IMG/VR virus record: IMGVR_UViG_3300032223_001420
Location: 22,491 to 86,490 of that record
Origin: a virus
DNA length: 64,000 nucleotides
Strand: one strand, 5' to 3'
The position numbers and the translations under genes were made by a program. Below are positions 20,794 through 30,648 of the stretch, in pieces (positions within the stretch are counted from its first letter, which is position 1; each line of letters starts with the position of its first letter). A model generated the notes under the pieces. The model searched no databases, was not told where the DNA came from, and saw only the letters and a list, made by a program, of their open reading frames with translations.

Positions 20794-22377
20794 ATGTCAT
20801 CACAAACATCAAAACAAATATCTTACGTTGTTGCACAACAATTTAAAGAAGGCTTCTATGAGCCTTCCCCAACTCTTGGTTATGTATTTGTAGGTAATCA
20901 CACTGCGTATCCTGACGAGACTACTCCAACAACAACTGGCGATACTATTTCCGATGAAAAGGCGACTTGGAATAACATGTATGCCGCTAAACGAGTTACG
21001 GGAAATGACGTTGAACTTGTTATACCGAAAGTTATTTGGACATCAAATACAAAATATAAGCAATATGATGATAAAGTTGCAGTCAGGGATTTAATAGAAC
21101 CTGATATTACTGGAAACGTAAAGCCATTTTATGTTTATACGTCACAGCGAAATGTTTATAAGTGCTTATCAAATAATGCTTCAGCTAATTCTACAGTAGA
21201 ACCATTTGGTGATTATACGTCATCCAATGGTAACATCGCAACTTCTGATGGTTATCTTTGGAAATACATGTATAGTGTCAAACCATCAAACAGATTCATA
21301 TCAGATACATGGATTCCAGTACCAGATTCGACAGCATTATTGGATTATTCTGTTAGCCCAATTGGTGTCGTTGATGGTGAATTGGCATCAATTACAGTTA
21401 CAAACAAAGGTTCTGGATATTATGAAAATAAAATACGAGTTCTTCCAACATTTGCTGCTGGCTGTACAACATTAGTTTTAGCCAACACAACAAACGTAGC
21501 AGCGAACATGTATGTTTCAGGAACTGGACTTGCCCCACAGACATATATTTTACAGAAACAAACTTATGTTGGAAATGGCGTTAGTGCAATCGACCTTTCC
21601 ACCGCAGCAATTTCATCAGGTGGCGGCAACACAGAAGCAACTCAATTAACATTAACCACAAGAGTTTATGTTGATGGAGATGGGACAAGCGTAATTGCTA
21701 TTCCAACTGTTAGTTCTGGTGATCCAGCTAATGCGAACATTTCAAAAGTAACTGTTTCAACTATTGGTACGGGCTATTCACGTGCAAATGCATACGTTTA
21801 TGGAACAGGAACCGGAGCATCCTTACGTGTAGTTTTAGACCCAAAATATGGTCATGCACATAATCCAGCTTTAGAATTGGGTTCTAATAGTGTTATGATC
21901 ACAGTTAGAATGGGTGAAATCGAAACAACCGAAGGTGGAGTCATTCCAGCAAACACAACATTTAGGCAATATGGTTTGTTTGTGGACCCTCATAAATACG
22001 GAGACTCGAATGTAGTTTCACCGGCAAATGCGGCTTCGGTGGTTACACAAGCAACTCTATTAAACTTAGTTACTGGTCCGGCTTATTATCAAGACGAATT
22101 TGTTTATCAAGGTGTATCTCCAAGCACTGCAACCGCATATGGTTATGCATTGGATCAACCATCAGCAACTAAAATTCGATTAACAAATGTTGTTGGTAAT
22201 TTTATTGTTGGTGCACCTTTGATTGGCGCAAATTCTGGCTCAAGTAGATTGGTAATTAATACCACTCCGCCAGATTTTCAGCCATACAGTGGAACAATAT
22301 TGCATACAGAAAACGTTACCAAAGTGACCAGATCAGATGGTCAAGCAGAAAATATCAAACTTATTGTAAGATTATAA
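20794..22377 (+). CDS. gp8: Baseplate wedge subunit
   Basis: WNNMYAAKRV, FYVYTSQRNVYKCLSNN, DGYLWKYMY, FRQYGL, ENIKLIV. Confidence 0.88.
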   Translation: MSSQTSKQISYVVAQQFKEGFYEPSPTLGYVFVGNHTAYPDETTPTTTGDTISDEKATWNNMYAAKRVTGNDVELVIPKVIWTSNTKYKQYDDKVAVRDLIEPDITGNVKPFYVYTSQRNVYKCLSNNASANSTVEPFGDYTSSNGNIATSDGYLWKYMYSVKPSNRFISDTWIPVPDSTALLDYSVSPIGVVDGELASITVTNKGSGYYENKIRVLPTFAAGCTTLVLANTTNVAANMYVSGTGLAPQTYILQKQTYVGNGVSAIDLSTAAISSGGGNTEATQLTLTTRVYVDGDGTSVIAIPTVSSGDPANANISKVTVSTIGTGYSRANAYVYGTGTGASLRVVLDPKYGHAHNPALELGSNSVMITVRMGEIETTEGGVIPANTTFRQYGLFVDPHKYGDSNVVSPANAASVVTQATLLNLVTGPAYYQDEFVYQGVSPSTATAYGYALDQPSATKIRLTNVVGNFIVGAPLIGANSGSSRLVINTTPPDFQPYSGTILHTENVTKVTRSDGQAENIKLIVRL

Positions 22378-22388
22378 AAGGTTAATAA

Positions 22389-25300
22389 ATGGCAATAACT
22401 ACAAATTTTAATGTTGATCCATACTATGATGATTTTGATGAAGATAAGAACTATCACCGTATTTTATTTAAACCAGGATACGCTGTTCAATCACGTGAAT
22501 TAACCCAAGCACAATCAATATTACAAGACCAAATCAAGAAGTTTGGTAATCATATGTTTAAGACTGGTTCAGTTGTTACTGACGGTCAAGTTACTATTCA
22601 GAATACTGCATATTTGAATATCGCATCAACTTATTCAAACAATTCTATTTTGTATTCAAACTATGCGAATCAAGTAATTTTTAATTCAGCAAATACAAAA
22701 CGTGCGTATGTTTTGGCTTCGTATGATGCCAGCCAAACAAATAAAGAGCCAATTACTTTTGTCATCAACCAACTATATGGTGATGCTTTTGTTCCAGGCG
22801 AAACTATATTTACTTCTAATACTACATCTAATTCAGTTACCTATTATGCAAATGTAGCAGACACATACGTAAATACAGCATCGTATACAGTAAGTCCAGT
22901 AGGCAACAATCAAACGTTTTCTATTAATGAAGGTGTATTTTATTACGAAGGTTACTTTGTAAAATCTAACGCACAATCTATAGCGATTGATAAGTATAGC
23001 CGCATAGGTAACGCAATTATTGGTTTTGAAGTTTCTGAATCTATCGTGAATTATACTTCAGATACTACATTACTTGATCCTGCACAAAGTTCATCCAACT
23101 ATCAAGCACCTGGTGCTGACAGATTTAAAATTAGTTTAGCTCTTGCTAATCGCCCAATTACCAGTACCGACTTAACACGTTTTATTGAATTAGCTCAAGT
23201 TGCTGGTGGTGTACCACAAAAAGTAGTTCAGACTCCAATTTATGCTGCGATTGGTGATGAGATGGCTCGTCGCACGTTTGACGAATCTGGTGATTACATA
23301 GTTAAAGATTTTGAATTATCTATTACTGATAGTAGCGCAAATTCTGCATATGCAAACGTTGCTCTTGCTCCAGGTAAAGCATACATTAAAGGTTATGAAT
23401 TTGGAACGATTGCTCCAACTATTTTAACTATTCCAAAACCAAGAACAACTGCAACGATTTCTCAACAACATATTAATTCTGATTTTGGTTACTACATTTA
23501 CGCTAATAGTCTCTTTGGTAACTTTGGTACTAACCAATATGCTAACGTAAACATTCTAAATGTAGACGCACAAACAGCTTCTGGACTTGTTATTTCTGGA
23601 ACATCAACTGCAAACGTATCGAATCTCTCAAATACACTTATTGCAAATGCTAAAGTTAAATTGATGTCATTCTATTCTGTTGGTAACTCCAGCGGTTCGG
23701 TTGTCGATAGTAATACTTACATTTACAAAGTATTTTTAACTGACGTAAATACCAAAACAATTTTTAATACAACAACTGGTGCTGGCTATAATGTTAATAC
23801 TGGTAGTACCGTAGCACCATACTCGAATATTGGTTTGCCGAGTGGTTTCCCACAAAACACAAACATCTATGTTGGTGCTACAGTTAGAATGACTGCGGGT
23901 GGTCGTGTTCTCGATGGTAATCGTATCGTTGTTGGCTACGATGCTGCAACAAGAAACATTACTGTTGATCGCCCATATACTGGACCAGTTACAACCAGTT
24001 CACAGTTTATGCTTGATGCTGATTATAGATTGGGTGAATCTTTAGTTGTATTGAACACTGCTGGATTTGTAATTGCTTCGGCAAACGTTCATCCATCATC
24101 AAAAGATTTGACGAATAAACTTCCTGGTGTTACACCAGATAACTATTGGCAACCAGTCGTTATTCAAGAGGCTGTGAGTGAACCTTTGTTGTTAAAAGTT
24201 GGACAGAATTTTGTAGCCGATAATACTATTTCTAATTTCTCGTATAGTTATAAACGTCTCTATCAAGGTATTTCGTTTACGTCTGGTGTATCTTCGCCTT
24301 TATCAATTGCTACTGGTGAAAGTTTACAAGGCGCAACAACAAACGCATCTAGACAACAATATTATACAATTATTCCAACAACCACAACTGGTGGATTTAC
24401 AACTGGTTATTCATTGAATTCTGCTGCGTTTACTGTAGATACTCAATCACGTACTTTAACAGTTTCGAGTGCATATGGAACACCATCATTCTCTGCAAAC
24501 GTATATGCTACAATCAACTCAGTAAACCCAACATCAAAAACTAAAACATATATCAAGGCAAATACAACATTAGTTGCTGCTGCTGGTGGTTCTGCTAATG
24601 ATATTTTTGCAAATGCTACAGTTTTCGTTTCATCGTTAGATGGTCAAACACAAATTGCAAGTAGTTTGATTACCAAAACACCTGGTATACCACAATATCT
24701 TTATGTGACCGATGTTGATTCGATTGCCTCGATTTATGATTTTAATGGTACAGCAATTACACTGACATCATATAATGCACTTGATAAATCAGAAACTTCA
24801 TCTGCTAACGTAACTTCACGTTATACATTATACACCGGTCAAAGAGATTCTTACTATGATTGGAGTGCGATTGTATTGAAGCCTGGACAATTGCCTCCAG
24901 TTGGACCTTTGTTAGTTCGTTATAATCGTTTCAAATCTACTGGCGCAGGTTTCTTCAACGTAGATTCATATACACGTTTAGGTTCACAAACCAATGGTGG
25001 TAGTGGTGTCGATTATGGACAAATTCCTATTTTCAGATCAGAAGATGGTTTCTTATACAAGTTATCAGACTACCTAGACTTTAGACCAGTTCGTAAAGAT
25101 GCAACTGGTCCCGCAACAGCAAATGCATTTGTTTTGGATAACGAAGAAGGTGGAGTTGGTTCGAAAATTAGTGAACCAGGAATGGATATTGTAACAAACT
25201 ATTCTTACTACCTAAATCGTATTGACCGAATTGTTCTTTACAAAGATCGTTCGTTCAAAGTTCTTCAAGGCACACCAGCAGTTAATGCGGTCGTACCAGA

Positions 25301-28300
25301 TGAGCCAGATGGCGCTATGACTTTGTATATTCTTGCATATACACCGTATCTGACTTATCCAAGTTCAACACAGATTCAGCGTTTTGGTAACAAACGTTAC
25401 ACAATGAAAGACATTGGTAACCTAGAACGCCGAATTCAAAACTTGGAATACTATACAGCATTAACTCTTGCTGAACTTGCTACGCTTCAGAAAAATGATA
25501 GCACCATTTTGGATGATAAAGGTCTTTCACGTCCAAAGAATGGTGTTTTAGTTGAATCATTTATTGATAGAAATAGTGCCGATATTACTGCTGTTGATTT
25601 TAGTGCAGCGATTGATATTGCTAGAAAACGTATGTTGAATACATCCAATACTTATTATTGGGATTTGTTCTCTAACAACAGTACATCAAATTACAACATT
25701 CAAGTTAATGGACCAGTTCTAACTTTAGGTTCTACTAATGTAGCATGTATTGTTCAGAATAAAGCATCAAGAACTTTAAATATTAATCCGTTTAATATTG
25801 TTAATTACATCGGTACAATTCGTTTAGACCCAGCATCAGATATTTGGCAATCAACAAACAGAATGGAATCACAAATTGTTGACTTGACTGGTGGTCAAGC
25901 AGCACGTGATGCATATGCTTCGATGACAAATACTGTTTGGGGACCTGAAGAATATTCAACTGGTGTTTCGGATCAAGTTCTTTCTGAATCAACTAAACAA
26001 ACAATAACGAATAAGAAAAATACGAGTACCAAATCAGGAATTAATAAAAGTGGTCAAAAATTAGATGTTATTGGTGATGTCAATACAATTAAAACCCAAC
26101 AGGTTTTAGAAACAACAACCGTAACAGCAACTAAAAATGGTGTGTTGAATCAAATTGTTCCTGTTGAATTGACTAAATCATTAGGTGATCGTGTGGTTAA
26201 CGTTACCATGGTTACTTACATGAGACAGTTAAATGTTCTTGTTGTTGGTACTAAATTTAGACCAATGCAAACTTTGTATTCGTTCTTCGATAATGTAAAC
26301 GTATCCGATAAAGTTGCAAGAACAAATCGCTTCACATTTGTGAATAACAATTTAAAATATCAAACTGCCATTGGTAACGCTGAAGCGGTTGACATTAAAG
26401 ATGCAACAACTGGCGCCACAATGGGTATTGGTGGTATTGTTTTAACTTCAAATAACAAAGGTTATATTGTAAGTATAACACCAACTCCAGCATATGGCAC
26501 ATGGGCAAATGCAACAGGTGGCATCAATATTGTTGGTCGTAAGAGTGGTCAAACAAATAAAGTTACTTCTTGGAATCATTATTCTGGTACCGCAAGTAGC
26601 GCAACAGCTTCGACAATCGTTCTCAGTTATCATGCAGGTGGTTCAGCTGGAACGACTGATTATGCTGGTCAAACAATTTATATCATGGGCGGTACTGGCA
26701 AGGGACAATCAGCAATTATTTCTGCATATGATCCAACGACACGTACTGCAACAATCAACGGAACTTGGACAGTAACTCCAGACACAACATCAGCTTATAG
26801 TATTGGTCGTTTGGGAACTGATGAATCGGGAGGTACTTCGGGTGTATTCTTTATTCCTGATGCTACATTTAGAACTGGTGAAAAGTTATTCCGTTTAATC
26901 GATAATGAGTTTGGCAACATCGAACAATCGAAAACAAACGGTGACGCAAGTTTCTATGCACAAGGTCAAGTTAATACTGTTCAAGAAACGTCAATTTCTG
27001 TTCTTGTACCGAACGTTGTCAAACAAAGTGTTACAGATAGTCACGTTGTATCATCAAAATCTTCGGTTAAGAGTGTTCAATCTATTGATACACAGAAAAA
27101 CGTTGTTGTTGGTTACTACGACCCACTTGCACAAACATTTTTGATTAATCCAAATCAATATCCACAAGGTATTGTAATTGATAGCATTCGTGTTTGTTTC
27201 AAAACAAAAGATATCAACGTACCTGTAACTTTACAACTTCGACCAGTTACAAATGGTTATCCGTCTTCTTCTGTGATATACCCGTATGCTGAAAAGACAT
27301 TAACACCAGATCAGGTAACTACATGTGAAATACCTGATGTTACAGATGCTACAAAATACACCGAATTTAAATTTGATGTTCCTGTACTACTGTTACCCGG
27401 TGAACATTCGTTTGTTCTTATTTCAAATAGTACAGGATATGAAGCATTTGTTGGTGAACATAATGCTACTGATTTACGAACAAGCGTTAAGATTGCTGAT
27501 CAGCCATATAGTGGTGTTCTATTCTTATCACAAAATGGTTCGACATGGGACCCAGATGATGAAAAAGATTTGATGTTCAGTATTCAACGAAGAGTATTCT
27601 CAACCGATCCAGGTTATGCATATTTTGAAACTGATATGACATCAAGCGCAGCATCAGCCGCAAATACTGTTTTTGATGCTATGCAACTCACATCAACTGA
27701 TGCAGTTATTGCAAATACAAATATTAACTACGAATTCAGTACGAGAATGGTATCTGGTGGGCAACATGCTTACTTACCAGTTGTTCCAAACTATAACTAT
27801 ATGATGACTGATGGATATGATAGACGAGTTTTAGATTGGACAACAGGAAATACAACATTTACAGTTCGTACAACATTACAAACATCGAATCCTGATGTTA
27901 CACCAATGTTAGATATTACTCGTCTAAATCTGATTACGATTGAAAACAAGATTAATAATCTACCATTAAGAAACAATGACTTTGCAATTACCAGTTCTGG
28001 TTCTGGCTATACTGTTACATCTGGTTCGGGTGTTCCAGCATACTTAGTTATTACTGGAGGTGGTGGTAGTGGTGCTAACGCATATGCAAACGTCACCGGT
28101 TCAGGCACAATCGATAGAATCGTTGTTGTAAATGGTGGTACAGGTTACTATTCATCACCAACAATTACTTTAACTGGTAATGGTACTGTTACATATAACG
28201 GCGAAGATAAATCGGCGGGTGGCAATTCATTGGTTCGTTACATGACCAAAAAGGTTCAATTGTCAACAGGTTTCAATGCTGGCGATCTTCGTGTTTATAT

Positions 28301-28655
28301 GGATGCATATAAACCATCTGGTGCGGGCATTCTTGTTTACTACAAATTGTTATCGTTATCTGACCCAGAACCATTTGAGGTAAATACATGGCAGTTGATG
28401 ACACAATTAGGTAATCTGAGTTTTGTTTCTGATGCTTTAGATACATTTACTGAATTAACATTCGCACCAGGAACATTTGGTAGTGGTTTGGCTGCAAATA
28501 AAACATCATATACTAAGAATGGAACTTCCTATAATGACTTTATGACATTTGCAATCAAGATTGTTATGTATGGTTCAAGTACCGTAGATATTCCTAAGGT
28601 TAGAAATCTGCGTGTAATTGCGTTGCCACCAACAGCAATACCACAGTCTTCATAA
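22389..28655 (+). CDS. Large virion structural protein (VrlC/DUF4815-like)
   Basis: NFNVDPYYDDFD...ILFKPGYAVQSRELTQ, APGADRF, ARRTFDESGDY, RYTMKDIG.LE.RI..LEYYT, DPLAQTF. Confidence 0.85.
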   Translation: MAITTNFNVDPYYDDFDEDKNYHRILFKPGYAVQSRELTQAQSILQDQIKKFGNHMFKTGSVVTDGQVTIQNTAYLNIASTYSNNSILYSNYANQVIFNSANTKRAYVLASYDASQTNKEPITFVINQLYGDAFVPGETIFTSNTTSNSVTYYANVADTYVNTASYTVSPVGNNQTFSINEGVFYYEGYFVKSNAQSIAIDKYSRIGNAIIGFEVSESIVNYTSDTTLLDPAQSSSNYQAPGADRFKISLALANRPITSTDLTRFIELAQVAGGVPQKVVQTPIYAAIGDEMARRTFDESGDYIVKDFELSITDSSANSAYANVALAPGKAYIKGYEFGTIAPTILTIPKPRTTATISQQHINSDFGYYIYANSLFGNFGTNQYANVNILNVDAQTASGLVISGTSTANVSNLSNTLIANAKVKLMSFYSVGNSSGSVVDSNTYIYKVFLTDVNTKTIFNTTTGAGYNVNTGSTVAPYSNIGLPSGFPQNTNIYVGATVRMTAGGRVLDGNRIVVGYDAATRNITVDRPYTGPVTTSSQFMLDADYRLGESLVVLNTAGFVIASANVHPSSKDLTNKLPGVTPDNYWQPVVIQEAVSEPLLLKVGQNFVADNTISNFSYSYKRLYQGISFTSGVSSPLSIATGESLQGATTNASRQQYYTIIPTTTTGGFTTGYSLNSAAFTVDTQSRTLTVSSAYGTPSFSANVYATINSVNPTSKTKTYIKANTTLVAAAGGSANDIFANATVFVSSLDGQTQIASSLITKTPGIPQYLYVTDVDSIASIYDFNGTAITLTSYNALDKSETSSANVTSRYTLYTGQRDSYYDWSAIVLKPGQLPPVGPLLVRYNRFKSTGAGFFNVDSYTRLGSQTNGGSGVDYGQIPIFRSEDGFLYKLSDYLDFRPVRKDATGPATANAFVLDNEEGGVGSKISEPGMDIVTNYSYYLNRIDRIVLYKDRSFKVLQGTPAVNAVVPDEPDGAMTLYILAYTPYLTYPSSTQIQRFGNKRYTMKDIGNLERRIQNLEYYTALTLAELATLQKNDSTILDDKGLSRPKNGVLVESFIDRNSADITAVDFSAAIDIARKRMLNTSNTYYWDLFSNNSTSNYNIQVNGPVLTLGSTNVACIVQNKASRTLNINPFNIVNYIGTIRLDPASDIWQSTNRMESQIVDLTGGQAARDAYASMTNTVWGPEEYSTGVSDQVLSESTKQTITNKKNTSTKSGINKSGQKLDVIGDVNTIKTQQVLETTTVTATKNGVLNQIVPVELTKSLGDRVVNVTMVTYMRQLNVLVVGTKFRPMQTLYSFFDNVNVSDKVARTNRFTFVNNNLKYQTAIGNAEAVDIKDATTGATMGIGGIVLTSNNKGYIVSITPTPAYGTWANATGGINIVGRKSGQTNKVTSWNHYSGTASSATASTIVLSYHAGGSAGTTDYAGQTIYIMGGTGKGQSAIISAYDPTTRTATINGTWTVTPDTTSAYSIGRLGTDESGGTSGVFFIPDATFRTGEKLFRLIDNEFGNIEQSKTNGDASFYAQGQVNTVQETSISVLVPNVVKQSVTDSHVVSSKSSVKSVQSIDTQKNVVVGYYDPLAQTFLINPNQYPQGIVIDSIRVCFKTKDINVPVTLQLRPVTNGYPSSSVIYPYAEKTLTPDQVTTCEIPDVTDATKYTEFKFDVPVLLLPGEHSFVLISNSTGYEAFVGEHNATDLRTSVKIADQPYSGVLFLSQNGSTWDPDDEKDLMFSIQRRVFSTDPGYAYFETDMTSSAASAANTVFDAMQLTSTDAVIANTNINYEFSTRMVSGGQHAYLPVVPNYNYMMTDGYDRRVLDWTTGNTTFTVRTTLQTSNPDVTPMLDITRLNLITIENKINNLPLRNNDFAITSSGSGYTVTSGSGVPAYLVITGGGGSGANAYANVTGSGTIDRIVVVNGGTGYYSSPTITLTGNGTVTYNGEDKSAGGNSLVRYMTKKVQLSTGFNAGDLRVYMDAYKPSGAGILVYYKLLSLSDPEPFEVNTWQLMTQLGNLSFVSDALDTFTELTFAPGTFGSGLAANKTSYTKNGTSYNDFMTFAIKIVMYGSSTVDIPKVRNLRVIALPPTAIPQSS

Positions 28656-28663
28656 GGATAATT

Positions 28664-28900
28664 ATGTTTGTTCAAATTAAAGATAAAGAGTATCTCATTC
28701 GTGACTTGAACAGTGGTGCGATATTAAATACTGATGAAGAAGAGTTGAAGGCATATTATGCACGTAGAGAACTTGCTCTAAAAGAGCATGAAGAAAAAGA
28801 AGTATTAACAAATAAAGTAAATAAACTAGAAGAGGATATCACGGACATCAAAGGGATGCTCCGTGAACTCGTACAGATGAGAATTCCAAATGGCAATTAA
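28664..28900 (+). CDS. Conserved small coiled-coil protein following the VrlC-like gene
   Basis: LIRDLNSGAILNTD motif plus C-terminal coiled coil; AGGA RBS. Confidence 0.65.
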   Translation: MFVQIKDKEYLIRDLNSGAILNTDEEELKAYYARRELALKEHEEKEVLTNKVNKLEEDITDIKGMLRELVQMRIPNGN

Positions 28901-29468
28901 TCAATTATCTACAGCAAACTCGTTTTCGGAATGGTTAACCACAACTGGTTATTTGGTTAATGCTACGAATGCACTTACCGATAACGTAGGCGGTTCTGGA
29001 TTTCTTGCCAATACGTCACTGTTTATTCAAGGTACCGATGCATCGTTGAATGTAAGAACTCTTGCAAACATCAATACATTACAAGCAAATACAGGTAATA
29101 TTGCTAATGTATTTTTTGCAGGCAGCAACATTTACGTTCCTAAAAATATAACTGTAAATGGAAACATCACAAGAGCCAACATTACAAGTAATTTGTCGGT
29201 TGGTGGTGATGCATTCATTTCTGGTAATCTTGTAGTTTCTGGTAATCTAACTTTAGATACTATTGGGTTTCAAGACTTACTTGTTTCCGGTTCTGCGAAT
29301 GTAGTTAATACGCTTTTTGTTTCAAGTAATTCAACATTTGTAAATGCGGTTTCCGCACAACATATATCACTAACAGGATCGTTTACTGGTCCACCAAATA
29401 CGGCTATTTACCAAGCGATTGCTACAGTAGATGCAGGCGCAATTGCATATGCTATTGCTTTAGGTTAA
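28890..29468 (+). CDS. Fibre-base/linker structural protein with hydrophobic C-terminus
   Basis: N-terminal NSFSEW...N motif, GNL beta repeats, ends AIAYAIALG. Confidence 0.55.
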   Translation: MAINQLSTANSFSEWLTTTGYLVNATNALTDNVGGSGFLANTSLFIQGTDASLNVRTLANINTLQANTGNIANVFFAGSNIYVPKNITVNGNITRANITSNLSVGGDAFISGNLVVSGNLTLDTIGFQDLLVSGSANVVNTLFVSSNSTFVNAVSAQHISLTGSFTGPPNTAIYQAIATVDAGAIAYAIALG

Positions 29469-29475
29469 ATAAATA
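29469..29475 (+). promoter_or_regulatory. Late promoter (ATAAATA)
   Basis: Upstream of the 29499 ORF, followed by a GAGG RBS. Confidence 0.6.
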
Positions 29476-29498
29476 CATCATAAAATTAGAGGATTTTA

Positions 29499-29825
29499 AT
29501 GGCTAACTCGTTTAAAAATAGTTTTGTAAATGCAGTGGGTGGAACAAAAACTGCTGTATATACTGCTGGCGCTGGCATACAAGCTACAGTTATCGGCATG
29601 AGTATATCAAATTTAATCAGCACTCCAATCTCAGTAAACGTTATTGTTACGTCTTCGGGAACAGATTATTACATGATTAAGAATGCTACGATATCTCCAG
29701 GTGGTGCATTAGTTCCAATTGGCGGTGACCAAAAATTAGTAATCAAAGCAACCGACTCAATTTCCGTAAATAGTTCAGTAGCATCTTCTGCTGACGTTAT
29801 TCTTTCAATTTTGGAGATTAGTTAA
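29499..29825 (+). CDS. Small beta-rich adaptor-like virion protein A1
   Basis: 108 aa, MANSFKN...VYT...ISN...KLVI...ends LSILEIS. Confidence 0.6.
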   Translation: MANSFKNSFVNAVGGTKTAVYTAGAGIQATVIGMSISNLISTPISVNVIVTSSGTDYYMIKNATISPGGALVPIGGDQKLVIKATDSISVNSSVASSADVILSILEIS

Positions 29826-30283
29826 TGGCTTATATTGGTAACGCACCAGAATTAACCACTTATGTAATTTCCACTGACAAGTTCAATGGAACAGGTGCTT
29901 GTACACAATTCACATTAGCAAGAAATATCAGTGACGCAAATGCTTTAAGTGTTATTGTTAATGGTATTCAACAAACACCAATTCAATCATATACAGTTAC
30001 TAATGGTGTGCTAACTTTTGACGAAGCACCTTCATCAGGTACGACAAATATCACAGTCAACTATCTTGCATCAAGTGTAATCACATATGCAAATCTTGGA
30101 CCAGGACAAATTTCTGCTGGTGCAGTAACATCAACATCATTAGCAACCAATTCAGTTACTACTGATAAAATTGTTGCTCTTGCGGTTACTGGAGATAAAC
30201 TTGCTAATAATTCGGTTTCTGGAAATAACATAGTATCACCAGCAGACATCTTTGATGATGCTTTCTTATTCGGCGGAATGTAA
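29825..30283 (+). CDS. Fibre linker protein L1
   Basis: MAYIGNAP, NGIQQ.P..Y......LTF.EAP domain, VTxxKL repeats, ends AFLFGGM. Confidence 0.6.
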   Translation: MAYIGNAPELTTYVISTDKFNGTGACTQFTLARNISDANALSVIVNGIQQTPIQSYTVTNGVLTFDEAPSSGTTNITVNYLASSVITYANLGPGQISAGAVTSTSLATNSVTTDKIVALAVTGDKLANNSVSGNNIVSPADIFDDAFLFGGM

Positions 30284-30299
30284 AAAGGAAAAATAACAA

Positions 30300-30638
30300 A
30301 TGGCAAGAGCATATAAAATACTTGGTCAGAAGAATCCATCAGCAAATGTCTTAACGACATTATATACTGTACCGTCAAGTAACTCTGCAATCATATCTTC
30401 ATTAGTAATTGCAAATCTAAACGAAACTGATGGTACAGGAAACGCATTCACTATAGCAGTAAATGTTGGTGGTGTTGCAATATCAAATACAAATTACTTA
30501 GCGTATAAAGTTAATTGCCCAACAAAAGATACAATTACTTTAACTTTAGGTATTACTTTAAATGCAGGTTCAATCGTTTCTGTTAATGCAAATGGTTCAC
30601 TTATAGCATTCTCCGCATTCGGCACTGAAATTTATTAA
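30300..30638 (+). CDS. Small adaptor-like virion protein A2
   Basis: 112 aa, MARAYKILGQ..P...TTLYTVP...LGITL...FSAFGTEIY. Confidence 0.6.
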   Translation: MARAYKILGQKNPSANVLTTLYTVPSSNSAIISSLVIANLNETDGTGNAFTIAVNVGGVAISNTNYLAYKVNCPTKDTITLTLGITLNAGSIVSVNANGSLIAFSAFGTEIY

Positions 30639-30648
30639 TGGAGTTTAA

